Shown one piece after another: positions 36,148 through 45,747 of a stretch of DNA of 64,000 nt. Position numbers and translations under genes: made by a program. This stretch comes from an uncultured Gammaproteobacteria bacterium (GTDB taxonomy: Bacteria; Patescibacteriota; Microgenomatia; Levybacterales; UBA12049): NCBI GenBank assembly GCA_965230895.1, contig OZ246394.1, positions 249,316 through 313,315 on the forward strand, in the 5' to 3' direction. The number at the start of each line of letters is the position of its first letter. The first letter of the stretch is position 1. Below the pieces are notes generated by a model, which saw nothing but the letters and a program-made list of their open reading frames with translations, was not told where the DNA came from and ran no database searches.

Positions 36148-36270
36148 TACATACTAACATTAGTAATAAAAGTTTACAAATCCTTATTTCCTTATTACCG
36201 TCTTCTCATCAAAAACTTTTACTCAGGCTTTATAGTGAAATTACATTAAAGAAAGGAGGTGAAATATATA

Positions 36271-36536
36271 TGGCAAATACAGATGATAAAAGACATCAAG
36301 ACAATCTCGATCCAGCAACAAGATCAAGTATTGGCTCAATGGGAGGCAATGCTTCTTCTTCAAAGCAGGATATGAGTGAATTAGGTAAAAAGGGTGGATC
36401 CGCAGCACAACAAAGTGGAAACGCCCATCAACTTACTCATGAAGAGCAAAGCCAAGGCGGCTCAAACAGTGGTGGTAACTTCGCAAACGATCCACAAAGA
36501 GCAAGTGAAGCCGGCCAGAAAGGCGGTAGTAAATAA
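36271..36536 (+). CDS. KGG-repeat stress-induced protein (YciG/GsiB-like)
   Basis: AAAGGAGGTGA SD 7 nt upstream of ATG. Repeats of ...KGGSAAQQSGN... / ...EAGQKGGSK. The ORF-track version starts earlier in non-coding sequence. Confidence 0.65.
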
Positions 36537-36612
36537 GTTACATTCTCTACCGCTAGGTAAAACGACAAGCTTTACTTAGCGGTAGAAATAAATTAAGAAA
36601 GGAATATAAATT

Positions 36613-37800
36613 TTGAAAGCAGTTATCTATAAAGAACCAAAGAAAATAGCAGTGGAAGATATTCCAATGCCAAAAATTGAAGAACCCACAGACATTATTC
36701 TAAAAGTTACAACAGCAGCAATCTGCGGTTCCGATATGCATATGTATGAGGGACGCACTCCTGCGGAATCAGGTGTTGTGCTTGGACATGAAATTATGGG
36801 AGTTGTTGATCAAGTCGGAGATGCCGTGAAGGAATTAAAGAAAGGAGATAGAATTGTTCTCCCATTTAATATTGGATGCGGTAATTGTCGAAATTGCCGC
36901 GTTGGGTTTACAAGTGCATGCATGGTGGCGAATCCAGAAGCAGTTGGTGCAGGATATGGATATGTCGGACTTGGCCCATTTAACGGTGGACAAGCTGAAT
37001 ATGTCCGAGTTCCTTTCGCAGATTTTAATGCGCTTAAAGTTCCAGGAGAACCGTTTGATACATGGGAAGATGATTTTATCCTCCTCGCCGACATTCTTCC
37101 CACTGGATGGCACGCGCTTGATCTAGCCATGTTTGAGCCAGGAGGTATTGTCGTCATCTATGGTGCGGGTCCCGTCGGTCTTTTGACTGCAGAAAGTGCC
37201 TTCATCCGTGGTGCTGCAAAGGTATTTGTCGTAGATTCATTAGAGGATCGATTAGCTTTGGCTCAAAAAATAGGTGCTATACCAATTAACTTTACCAAGT
37301 CTTCATCTGTAGAACAGATCAAAACAACTCTCAAGGCAGATAAAACGTTTCAAGAATCAAAAGACCCTGGTGTTGAAAAGGTAAATCGTATTCTCTATGG
37401 TATCGATGCTGTTGGTTATCAAGCTCAGGATGAACGAACCCAAAAAGATAATCCTTCGCAAGTCCTCAATAATTTAATTGAGCTTGTAGATCCAACAGGA
37501 CATATCGGGATTATCGGAGTATTTATGCCTCAGGATCCAGGTGGTGTTGATGATGAAGCAAAACAAGGGAATATCCGGTTTAACGTAGGTTTGGCATGGA
37601 ATAAAGGACTAACAATTGGTAATGGACAAGCTCCTGTTAAGAAATATAATACACAGCTTCGAGATCTTATCGTTCAAGGTAAAGCAAAGCCAAGTTTTAT
37701 CGTAAGTCATCATATTGATATTGATGAAGCACCAGATGCTTATGAGAAGTTTGACACGAAAGTAAATGGCTATACAAAGATAGTAATTCAATTTAAATAA
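36613..37800 (+). CDS. zinc-dependent medium-chain dehydrogenase (glutathione-independent formaldehyde dehydrogenase-like)
   Basis: 395 aa. CGSDMHMYEG catalytic Zn motif, structural Zn Cys cluster GCGNCRNCRVGFTSAC, Rossmann GAGPVGLL. Confidence 0.8.
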   Translation: MKAVIYKEPKKIAVEDIPMPKIEEPTDIILKVTTAAICGSDMHMYEGRTPAESGVVLGHEIMGVVDQVGDAVKELKKGDRIVLPFNIGCGNCRNCRVGFTSACMVANPEAVGAGYGYVGLGPFNGGQAEYVRVPFADFNALKVPGEPFDTWEDDFILLADILPTGWHALDLAMFEPGGIVVIYGAGPVGLLTAESAFIRGAAKVFVVDSLEDRLALAQKIGAIPINFTKSSSVEQIKTTLKADKTFQESKDPGVEKVNRILYGIDAVGYQAQDERTQKDNPSQVLNNLIELVDPTGHIGIIGVFMPQDPGGVDDEAKQGNIRFNVGLAWNKGLTIGNGQAPVKKYNTQLRDLIVQGKAKPSFIVSHHIDIDEAPDAYEKFDTKVNGYTKIVIQFK

Positions 37801-37801
37801 T

Positions 37802-38653
37802 ATGAAACAAAAAGGACAACCACCACAAGAACAAAAGCCGACAGGTACAGAGCAAAAAATGACTCCAAAGCCCGAAAGCGAAAATCTAAATTACAAAGCA
37901 TCGGACAAATTTGCTAGTAAAACAATACTTATTACAGGCGGTGATAGCGGGATTGGGAAAGCTACGGCTATTGCATTTGCAAAAGAGGGAGCAAATGTTT
38001 CAATTATCTATCTAGAAAATGATGGTGATGCCAATGAAACAAAGAAACGTATTGAAGAAATTGGCCAACAATGTCTTTTGCTTAAAGGTGACATTGGAGA
38101 TAAATCATTTTGTACAGAGGCTGTGAGTAAGACTATCGAAGAGTTTAATACTTTGGATATTCTTATTAACAATGCCGGAGAACAACATCCGCAAGAAAAA
38201 CTTGAAGATATTACAGAAGAACAACTCCGAAAAACCTTCCAAACGAACATCTTCTCAATGTTCTTTATGACGCAAGCTGCGCTTCCCTATCTACACAAAG
38301 GAAGTAGTATTATAAATACGACATCGATTACTGCATATAAAGGAAATCCAATGCTTCTTGATTATTCTTCTACAAAAGGCGCAATTACGAGCTTCACCAG
38401 AGCATTGTCGCAAAGTCTGGCAGAAAAAGAAATCCGGGTAAATGCTGTTGCGCCAGGTCCGATTTGGACACCGCTTATTCCATCAACTTTTCCAAAAGAT
38501 AAAGTTGCGAAATTTGGTACGGATACTCCTCTTGGTCGAGCTGGCCAACCATATGAAGTCGCTGCATGCTACCTCTTTCTTGCATCAGACGATGCTTCAT
38601 ATATCACAGGTCAAACCATTCATGTAAATGGTGGAACAGTGGTAAATGGTTAG
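37802..38653 (+). CDS. SDR-family oxidoreductase (general-stress YhdF-like)
   Basis: TGGDSGIGKA (TGxxxGIG), NNAG, and catalytic Y-x3-K (YSSTKGA). Confidence 0.8.
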   Translation: MKQKGQPPQEQKPTGTEQKMTPKPESENLNYKASDKFASKTILITGGDSGIGKATAIAFAKEGANVSIIYLENDGDANETKKRIEEIGQQCLLLKGDIGDKSFCTEAVSKTIEEFNTLDILINNAGEQHPQEKLEDITEEQLRKTFQTNIFSMFFMTQAALPYLHKGSSIINTTSITAYKGNPMLLDYSSTKGAITSFTRALSQSLAEKEIRVNAVAPGPIWTPLIPSTFPKDKVAKFGTDTPLGRAGQPYEVAACYLFLASDDASYITGQTIHVNGGTVVNG

Positions 38654-39079
38654 CTATTTTTCTCCTCTAAAGATCCATTGAACTCCATATTTATCGTAAA
38701 ATTGTCCATACATGCCAAAAGGCATTTCATGTAATTCCTGGAGCCAAGTATTATTTTTTCCATTTTTGAGTTTATCGAAAATTTCTTTTAACTCTTCAAA
38801 GTTATCTCCCTGAACAAAAATGGCTGTTGTGTTGCCTTGTTTTGGATCAAATGCTGGAGAGGCCATCCAATCCGTTGCTGAAATATCAACATTACCATTT
38901 TTTAAATGCGCATTGATAATCCGATCCCACTTTTCCTCTGGGAATGAATTTTTCATAGGTGTATCGCCAAGTTTGGTCATAGTCAATTCTCCCCCAATGC
39001 ATGCATGATAAAATTTCATCACTTCGGCACAGTTCCCATCAAATAAAAGAAATGGTGTTGTAAAAAGCATATAATTCAC
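38654..39079 (-). CDS. VOC/glyoxalase-superfamily protein (PhnB-like)
   Basis: FLLFDGNCAEVMKFYHACIGGE matches the same family start as 11941-12351. Confidence 0.65.
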   Translation of the reverse strand: MNYMLFTTPFLLFDGNCAEVMKFYHACIGGELTMTKLGDTPMKNSFPEEKWDRIINAHLKNGNVDISATDWMASPAFDPKQGNTTAIFVQGDNFEELKEIFDKLKNGKNNTWLQELHEMPFGMYGQFYDKYGVQWIFRGEK

Positions 39080-39176
39080 CTCCTTCCATACTTATAAAAG
39101 TAATAACAGCTGTTATATAGAAAAAATTGTAATCATTTAGCACAAGATTGACAAGCTCATCTTGTGGTGAAATACT

Positions 39177-39470
39177 GTGAATATGAAATGGATTGCAGTT
39201 GCCGCAGTAATTTTTGTTGTCTTTGCAAGTTGGTTCATATTCACAAAATCAGCTTCCCCACCAATTCCTTCAAAAGATTCTTCAACGATCAGTCCAACGG
39301 CTGAAGTGACTGATTTTGCTCCTGACTTGCCTTTGGACCAGAAGACTACAGTTGTTATCCGACACTCTGATAGTTCGGCAACAACATATTTGATCCCAGA
39401 CGATCAAGTAGAAACATTCACTTCCAAACTACCTGAAGGCGATGTCGTAGCTTCAAAGACAGAAAATTAA
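39177..39470 (+). CDS. small membrane-anchored hypothetical protein (97 aa)
   Basis: Single N-terminal TM helix. Confidence 0.4.
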   Translation: MNMKWIAVAAVIFVVFASWFIFTKSASPPIPSKDSSTISPTAEVTDFAPDLPLDQKTTVVIRHSDSSATTYLIPDDQVETFTSKLPEGDVVASKTEN

Positions 39471-39488
39471 GAATAAGTATCTCTACGC

Positions 39489-39518
39489 TTGTCTTCATGC
39501 CTTTGTATGATATATAAT
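39489..39518 (+). promoter_or_regulatory. candidate sigma70-type promoter for the tRNA-Val/tRNA-Phe pair (TTGTCT-N18-TATAAT)
   Basis: Perfect TATAAT at 39513-39518, 15 nt upstream of tRNA-Val. Confidence 0.4.
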
Positions 39519-39533
39519 TGGTACATTCTTTTC

Positions 39534-39609
39534 GGACGGTTAGCTCAGTTGGTAGAGCACCTGTTTTACACACAGGCTGTCAGGGGTTCGAGTCCCTTAC
39601 CGTCCACCA
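39534..39609 (+). tRNA. tRNA-Val (anticodon TAC), CCA encoded
   Basis: Acceptor GGACGGT/ACCGTCC, D-arm GCTCAGTTGGTAGAGC, anticodon stem CCTGT/ACAGG with loop TTTACAC, T-loop TTCGAGT. Confidence 0.9.
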
Positions 39610-39610
39610 A

Positions 39611-39683
39611 GCCAAGGTAGCCTAGGTGGTCATGGCGCATGTCTGAAGAACATGATATATCAGTTCGACTCTGATCCTTGGCA
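39611..39683 (+). tRNA. tRNA-Phe (anticodon GAA)
   Basis: Starts 1 nt after the previous CCA. Acceptor GCCAAGG/CCTTGGC, discriminator A, anticodon stem CATGT/ACATG with loop CTGAAGA, T-arm ATCAG-TTCGACT-CTGAT. D-arm slightly irregular. Confidence 0.75.
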
Positions 39684-39720
39684 CTGATGAAGGGAGCGGA
39701 AACGCTTCCTTTTTTTGTGG

Positions 39721-40869
39721 TTAGGCTGCATTTTGGAGTTCAAAGGCTTGAGGGGCTCTTTCTTGCAACCTGTCTTCAAGTTGGTCTTGAGTTGGAGGAT
39801 TTTCATGAGCTCCTATCGTCTCTACAGCAAACGATCCGCTTGCACTTCCCCAGCGCATACTTTCATGCAGATCACCTGTTTCAAAATACTTATGCACTGC
39901 GGCTGCCATGTATGCATCTCCAGCACCAACCGTACTTTTGACTTGGTCCACTTTCACCGACCCCACCCATAACTTTCTTTCTGCAGTCGCTCCAAAGGAT
40001 CCTTCTGCTCCATTTGTCACGAAAATTGCTTCTGCGCCGAGACTAAGTCCTTGATCTAATAATTCTGTAATATCTTCTGATGGCAAAATATCTTTTCCTT
40101 TTAAGAGAGTTTGTAATTCACTCATATCAACATTTAATGTTTTTGCGCCTCCGATTGCTTCATAAACTGCATTCATCTTTGCTATATCATTTTCCTTTAT
40201 CGCTTTTAATTGCGAAGATCCTGGTGTGTACGCATATTCAACGCCTTGAGCTTTTAAAACTCGTACTCCCTCAGCCAGATTCATATCCCATTGATCGCCA
40301 CTTAAAGAGTTAATAATCGCATATTCTGTATTCTTTGGTATTCCGCCAACAAATTCTGAAGGCAAACCTTCAGGCTTATTACTGAAAATAGTACGATCTA
40401 TCCCATGCTCTGTTCGTCGTGGAATTACTAGGCCTTGTGGTGTTGCGCCCTCGTACGAAATAATATCTGGTTGCATTCCTGGGTGAGTTAAATCTAAATC
40501 CATTAATTTCCTGAATCCATCAGAGCCTACCCATGTACGTACAACAACAGGACCTGCAGCTTCATTACCTCTGCGGAACTCTTTAATACGATGTGCAGCA
40601 TTAACACTATTTCCTCCTACGGTTGATTCAAAAGTGACGCCTCTATCCCGTAGCTCATCTTTAATCTTCTCAAAGTCAGCATTTGATATTGGTACTTTAT
40701 CACCAATAACGGCAGTCCGTATATCTTTGGGAAGTCTTTCTTCGGGGAGGACGGGAATTGTGGAATCTACAACAGACTTACTAACTGCAAAAACATTTCG
40801 TCGTTTTTCGCTTGCTTCTGTTCTAAATTTTCTTCCTTCGGGTATTATTCTTCTTTCTAAGACTGGCAT
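39721..40869 (-). CDS. PfkB-family carbohydrate/nucleoside kinase
   Basis: C-terminal GAGDAYMAAA (PfkB signature 2) and N-terminal GG motif region. Confidence 0.7.
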   Translation of the reverse strand: MPVLERRIIPEGRKFRTEASEKRRNVFAVSKSVVDSTIPVLPEERLPKDIRTAVIGDKVPISNADFEKIKDELRDRGVTFESTVGGNSVNAAHRIKEFRRGNEAAGPVVVRTWVGSDGFRKLMDLDLTHPGMQPDIISYEGATPQGLVIPRRTEHGIDRTIFSNKPEGLPSEFVGGIPKNTEYAIINSLSGDQWDMNLAEGVRVLKAQGVEYAYTPGSSQLKAIKENDIAKMNAVYEAIGGAKTLNVDMSELQTLLKGKDILPSEDITELLDQGLSLGAEAIFVTNGAEGSFGATAERKLWVGSVKVDQVKSTVGAGDAYMAAAVHKYFETGDLHESMRWGSASGSFAVETIGAHENPPTQDQLEDRLQERAPQAFELQNAA

Positions 40870-41116
40870 ACTTTTTAAAAATTTTCAAAAAACTCTGCGT
40901 AAGATTTATGTAATAATTACGTCAGAAAAAAACATTCTATGCCTGTTGTTATTAAATGTCAACAAGGAAACATTAACCTGACAAAATGTCTATTTAGCCT
41001 CGAATATTCCCTAAAAAGACTATCCCCAACATAACTATAGGCTTGACAAATGTTGACATCTCGTGTATAATGCCGCCGTTGTCTGAAAACTCATATTTTT
41101 AGACAAAAATAAAATT

Positions 41117-41845
41117 ATGTTAGAAACAATTTTTACAACAGTAGTATCATCAGCATTATTCATTACGTCTGCAGCGTTTGTGCCACAGACATCGAATGAT
41201 ATCGCCTTTACTCAGGTATTGCCTGAACAAAACTATGTGGCATATTCTGTCGAATCAGATGAATCTCTTGCTGCTGTTTCCAAAAAGTATTATGGGTCTG
41301 AAGATTATTGGACTAACATTTGGAATGACAATATGTGGGTTTCTGACCCAGAAAATGTGGAAGCAGGAAAACGTTTGCGTATTAATCACGTAAAGCCTGA
41401 ACAGCCTGCCGAGCTTACAACAGTTCTTGCAGACCGTGATGCACAGCTTACTGAGCAAAAGAATCAGGAATACCTTAAAAGTATTGGTTATTTGCAGGCT
41501 GTTCCTTCAGCTGCAGCTCCTACAGTTACACCTGTAATTACTCAGGCACCGGTTGTTAATGCAATTGTTGCATCAAACAATTCTGGAATCTCTGAAGAAG
41601 CTATTACAGCTTTGGGTGCTTGTGAAGCCGGAAATGATCCAGCAAAGAATACTGGTAATGGTTATTATGGCGCGTTCCAATTCTCACAAGGTACATGGAA
41701 CAGTATGAACACTGGATATGCACGAGCTGATCTTGCACCGATTGAAGTACAACGTGCTGCGGTGAAGCAGTTGCTTTCACGATCAAGTATCCATAATCAA
41801 TTCCCTGGATGCGCACGAAAAATGCAAGGTGCTGGTTTAATCTAA
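41117..41845 (+). CDS. secreted LysM-domain protein with C-terminal transglycosylase-like (Rpf-like) domain
   Basis: LysM: AYSVESDESLAAVSKKYYGS...EAGKRLRI. C-term: GNGYYGAFQFSQGTWNSMNTG. Confidence 0.7.
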   Translation: MLETIFTTVVSSALFITSAAFVPQTSNDIAFTQVLPEQNYVAYSVESDESLAAVSKKYYGSEDYWTNIWNDNMWVSDPENVEAGKRLRINHVKPEQPAELTTVLADRDAQLTEQKNQEYLKSIGYLQAVPSAAAPTVTPVITQAPVVNAIVASNNSGISEEAITALGACEAGNDPAKNTGNGYYGAFQFSQGTWNSMNTGYARADLAPIEVQRAAVKQLLSRSSIHNQFPGCARKMQGAGLI

Positions 41846-41846
41846 A

Positions 41847-42548
41847 CTAAACCTTCGGAGTTGTGCCGTAGATAACGAGCGGTATTGAAGCATCTTTAAA
41901 TGTCCACTCGTAAATCTTTGCTACATCAGCTTCTCTCATATTTACACAGCCGTGACTCATAGGTTGTCCAAAGTTATTATGCCAATATGCTCCATGGATA
42001 CCATAACCTCTCCACTTCGGCACTGAAGCGTTTGCAAAATACATGGTGTATGGAACATTTGGAAGGTTATAGTAGGTTCCATTAGCCTTACTTCCTCCCG
42101 ACATTCGAGTATATCTCAACCATGTCCAAATTCTAAATTCGCCTGTTGGAGTTGCGTACCATTTACCTGTTGATACTGGAAATTCATACACCAATCGTTC
42201 ACCCTCAAAAGCAAGGAGCTTTTGCTGCGTTAAATCTACATAAAGTCTCTTATTTGTATTACTTGTTGCATCACCAAGAACGTTTTGTGTCTCTTCAAGT
42301 GCATATTGTGTTTTTTCTTGAGTAGGTGCGTAGACAACTTTTCCTTCAAATTCTCCTTTATTGTCTTTTTGCATTTCACCAGTGAGGTTCTCAATACATG
42401 AAATAGAGTTTGCGCAGAATTCTTGATTCTTTACATTTAAAAAGACTGTGAGGCCAAGAGCTACAACAAATGCCCCAAAAATGAGCATTGTGACTCTTAA
42501 AGCGTAATGTTTTCCCTTTTTGACTGGTTTTGCAGTTTTCTTAGGCAT
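41847..42548 (-). CDS. L,D-transpeptidase (YkuD domain)
   Basis: Catalytic HG...SHGCVNM motif and an N-terminal TM anchor. Confidence 0.8.
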   Translation of the reverse strand: MPKKTAKPVKKGKHYALRVTMLIFGAFVVALGLTVFLNVKNQEFCANSISCIENLTGEMQKDNKGEFEGKVVYAPTQEKTQYALEETQNVLGDATSNTNKRLYVDLTQQKLLAFEGERLVYEFPVSTGKWYATPTGEFRIWTWLRYTRMSGGSKANGTYYNLPNVPYTMYFANASVPKWRGYGIHGAYWHNNFGQPMSHGCVNMREADVAKIYEWTFKDASIPLVIYGTTPKV

Positions 42549-42705
42549 TACTTAATTATTAGCCAAACTCTACAAGGATGTAAAGAGGGAGATTTCTTAT
42601 GGCATATTGAGGCTAAATGACTTAAAAGAAGCCTTATATGAGCTTGACATTTAGTCTTATAGTATGTATAATAATACACTATGGGACTAAAATTCCCTTA
42701 AGAAT

Positions 42706-43389
42706 ATGTTTAAAAAATTATTATTTATTATACCTATCGCAATCTTTCTCGGTGCTGTTCAAGTACAGGCCTTTTCTCATTCGATTGCTGGAGTTGAGGC
42801 TTCAAAAGAAGCTTCATTAACCCAAAAGAAACTTTTAAGTAGTGACTCTATGTCTTTGCAGAACCGTTATGCGAATGCATATATTAATGATGTTTTCAAA
42901 GATAATATTCTTTTGAATCTTGCGTATCTTTCAGGAAGAGTTGAAAATGCATCTCAAGTTAATTGGGATGATGTTAGAAAACCTTCTAGATACGAATTTA
43001 CGTTGCAACCAGGACAAGTTTTTGCATATCATGATGATGTTTTGCCTGAGTTTGCAGGTAAAGTAGAAAAGATCGGAGGATCGCATTTTGGTGCAGCTGA
43101 TGGTTATCGATCGAGTGGATTATTGTACGGTGATGGTGTTTGTCATTTTGCCACCCTTATTAATTGGGCAGCTCAAGATGCTGGTCTAAGAGTTGTTGCG
43201 CCAACAAATCATAACTTTGCTGTTATTCCTGGTATTGATCCAAAGTATGGTACTTCGATTTATTACTCGCCAGAGTCTCCTGCAGTAAGCCAAATGCAAA
43301 ACTTATATGTTGAAAATACTTTAGAGGTTCCAGTGACATTTGTATTTGAAAATAAGGGTGATTCTTTAGAAGTACGTATCTATAAATAA
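42706..43389 (+). CDS. secreted VanW-like domain protein
   Basis: Signal peptide. YGDGVCHFATLINWAAQDAGL resembles the VanW core GGGVCQVSSTLYNA. Confidence 0.5.
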   Translation: MFKKLLFIIPIAIFLGAVQVQAFSHSIAGVEASKEASLTQKKLLSSDSMSLQNRYANAYINDVFKDNILLNLAYLSGRVENASQVNWDDVRKPSRYEFTLQPGQVFAYHDDVLPEFAGKVEKIGGSHFGAADGYRSSGLLYGDGVCHFATLINWAAQDAGLRVVAPTNHNFAVIPGIDPKYGTSIYYSPESPAVSQMQNLYVENTLEVPVTFVFENKGDSLEVRIYK

Positions 43390-43391
43390 TT

Positions 43392-44567
43392 TTAGAGCGT
43401 AATCCCTAATGTCTGCAGCATATACCTTATCGCCTTTTGATTCTCAAATGTAGGACTCGCTTCTTGTTCCATAACGAGTTTACCAATAACTTCCAATGCT
43501 TTTGGCGTATCCAAGTCATTTTCTAAAGCATCTATGAACTGTTTTATCACTATCTTTGGTTCAGTCCCCCTGCCGATTGCAGGCTCTTGAAGTGCTTCTT
43601 CAATTTGTTCTATGTCTCGTTGTGCCTTATCAAGCTCTTTTTGTCGATATTCCCACGGTGTTCGGTAATGGTGGCGTAAAAGCATTAATCTAATTGCTTC
43701 AGGCGAATAAGTTTCAAGCAATGTAGAAACCATTACAAGATTACCCAAAGATTTGGACATTTTCTCCCCTTCATACATGACTGCGCCTGTGTGCATCCAA
43801 AATTGTGAAAAAGGTTTCTCACCCGTGAATTGTTCGGATTGAGCAATTTCGCTTTCATGATGTGGGTAAATAAGATCACTTCCCCCACCATGAATGTCAA
43901 TCTTTTTGTCAATATATTTGTAAATCATCGAAGAGCATTCAATATGCCATCCTGGTCTTCCTTCTCCAAATGGTGCTTTCCATGAAGGTTCGTCCTTCAA
44001 AGATTTTTGCCAAAGGATAAAATCCAGAGGGTTTTCTTTGTTCGGATCGTCTGGATTTGCACCCCGTTCTCTTGAGAGCTTTATCATCTCCTCTTTTGAA
44101 TATTTTGATAACTTTCCATACTCAGGATCTTTTTGTATACGGAAGTAAACGTTGCCATTCTTTTTATAAGCAAAATTATTCTTGAGTAATTTCTCGATAA
44201 ACTCGATAATTGTTGGCATAGTTTCTGTGGCTTTCACATAATGCGTTGGGGGAACATTATTCAAGGTTTTCATATCTTTTACATATTTATCAGTCCAAAA
44301 CTTACCTAGTTTTTTCCAATCTTCTTTCACCTGTTTGGCTTTTTTCAAAATATCATCATCAATATCTGTCACATTTTGCGTGTAATTAATTTTGTATTCC
44401 TTGTTTTCTAATACTCGATACAACACATCAAATACTGTATAGGTAAAAGCATGGCCCAAATGCGTTGTATCATATGGAGTAATTCCGCAAACATACATGC
44501 GGACTTCCTCACTATTCATTGGAGTAAATGTGTCTTTCTTTTTTGTTAACGTGTTATACAGTTTCAT
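43392..44567 (-). CDS. cysS: cysteine--tRNA ligase (short form)
   Basis: CGITPYDTTHLGH (HIGH) and KMSKSLGN. Confidence 0.9.
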   Translation of the reverse strand: MKLYNTLTKKKDTFTPMNSEEVRMYVCGITPYDTTHLGHAFTYTVFDVLYRVLENKEYKINYTQNVTDIDDDILKKAKQVKEDWKKLGKFWTDKYVKDMKTLNNVPPTHYVKATETMPTIIEFIEKLLKNNFAYKKNGNVYFRIQKDPEYGKLSKYSKEEMIKLSRERGANPDDPNKENPLDFILWQKSLKDEPSWKAPFGEGRPGWHIECSSMIYKYIDKKIDIHGGGSDLIYPHHESEIAQSEQFTGEKPFSQFWMHTGAVMYEGEKMSKSLGNLVMVSTLLETYSPEAIRLMLLRHHYRTPWEYRQKELDKAQRDIEQIEEALQEPAIGRGTEPKIVIKQFIDALENDLDTPKALEVIGKLVMEQEASPTFENQKAIRYMLQTLGITL

Positions 44568-44608
44568 AAAGCTAATAATAGTGTTTCTCCGACATTATTT
44601 CAATCAAT

Positions 44609-45076
44609 TTACCGAGAAGCAAATCGTGAGGCAAAACCTCTATAGTTCTCATAGGCAGTAGCGGACGCTCCGTTTATTCCAGCAATGGTAGTAACATCCG
44701 GCACAGTGATTCGTTCTATTTCACTTTCAGGATGCTCTACCAGTTGTTGCATCTGATCTGCAATAAGTGGTACCCAACGTAGTCCTGTGTTTACCCGATA
44801 CCCTGCTCCAGCAGCTCCTTGTAATTGCAATACTGTTAATTCACTATCTTCTACTGCAAAACTTGCAATTGCTCCGGGGTTCCTTCGCCCTTTTGATTCA
44901 TAAACGACAACGAGTGATGCATCTCCCGTAAAAGGCATTCGAATCTCTGCGCGTTCATCTCCTTCCATAAGATTGACTGCAAGTTTCTCCGCGCGTAATG
45001 GTGGAGTAATTGATCGTAAATATGGTTCAAAATCTTTTGCTGAAGGTGGAGTATACAGTTCCTTTAATCCAGGCAT
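44609..45076 (-). CDS. hypothetical protein (155 aa)
   Basis: No assignable motif. Confidence 0.4.
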   Translation of the reverse strand: MPGLKELYTPPSAKDFEPYLRSITPPLRAEKLAVNLMEGDERAEIRMPFTGDASLVVVYESKGRRNPGAIASFAVEDSELTVLQLQGAAGAGYRVNTGLRWVPLIADQMQQLVEHPESEIERITVPDVTTIAGINGASATAYENYRGFASRFASR

Positions 45077-45108
45077 ACCCTATTATACTATAGAGCATGA
45101 ATTGCTGA

Positions 45109-45723
45109 TCAGTATGTCTTGGAATCTGGTATAAAGATACTTTCAATAGTCTTTTTACCATCTTGATCAGCAGTAATTTGTAAGACTTCTCCATGTCGAA
45201 CATACCGAAATCCTTTACCCGTCCGTATGGAATCTATTTCCAAAGGCATCCCTTTGAGTACTGCTTTGACAGTCATGAGAATATCGCCATGACTTACAGC
45301 AACGACATGCTTCCCCTGATGCTTTGTGACAGCGTGATCGATAAAAGCTAATGATCTTTCTGCAAGATCTTCAAGTGTTTCATCCTCATCTTTCCGAAGA
45401 CCTTTCGCAAAAATATCAAATTTAATTTTTTGCAACTCTTCAATTGGCTGTCCCATAAAAGAGCTTCGTACTTCGAGCAAGTGATCAGAAAAAGTTATAT
45501 GCGGAAATTTAAGTTCCTTTTGAATTATTTCAGCCGTTTTCTTCGCTCTCAGTAAGGGACTTGCATAGAGTTCGCTTATTGGCTTATCTCGGAGGAACTT
45601 CGCTGTCTGAGCAATTTCTTCTTCACCGTTTTTTGTGAGGCCAAAACGAGGTAATCTACCGTACCAAACTTTATCTGGATTATCTACTTCCCCATGACGG
45701 ACAAGGTAAATGTATGTATTCAT
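45109..45723 (-). CDS. histidine phosphatase family protein (phosphoglycerate-mutase-like)
   Basis: LVRHGE motif at the N-terminus and a downstream catalytic His region (AVSHGD). Confidence 0.75.
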   Translation of the reverse strand: MNTYIYLVRHGEVDNPDKVWYGRLPRFGLTKNGEEEIAQTAKFLRDKPISELYASPLLRAKKTAEIIQKELKFPHITFSDHLLEVRSSFMGQPIEELQKIKFDIFAKGLRKDEDETLEDLAERSLAFIDHAVTKHQGKHVVAVSHGDILMTVKAVLKGMPLEIDSIRTGKGFRYVRHGEVLQITADQDGKKTIESIFIPDSKTY

Positions 45724-45747
45724 GAAATAGTATTATATAATATCCAA

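Noticed and set aside
36129-36270. N-terminal 47 codons of the ORF-track version of the KGG-repeat gene
   Set aside because: A perfect SD (AAAGGAGGTGA) precedes the internal ATG at 36271; the upstream extension is non-coding-like.
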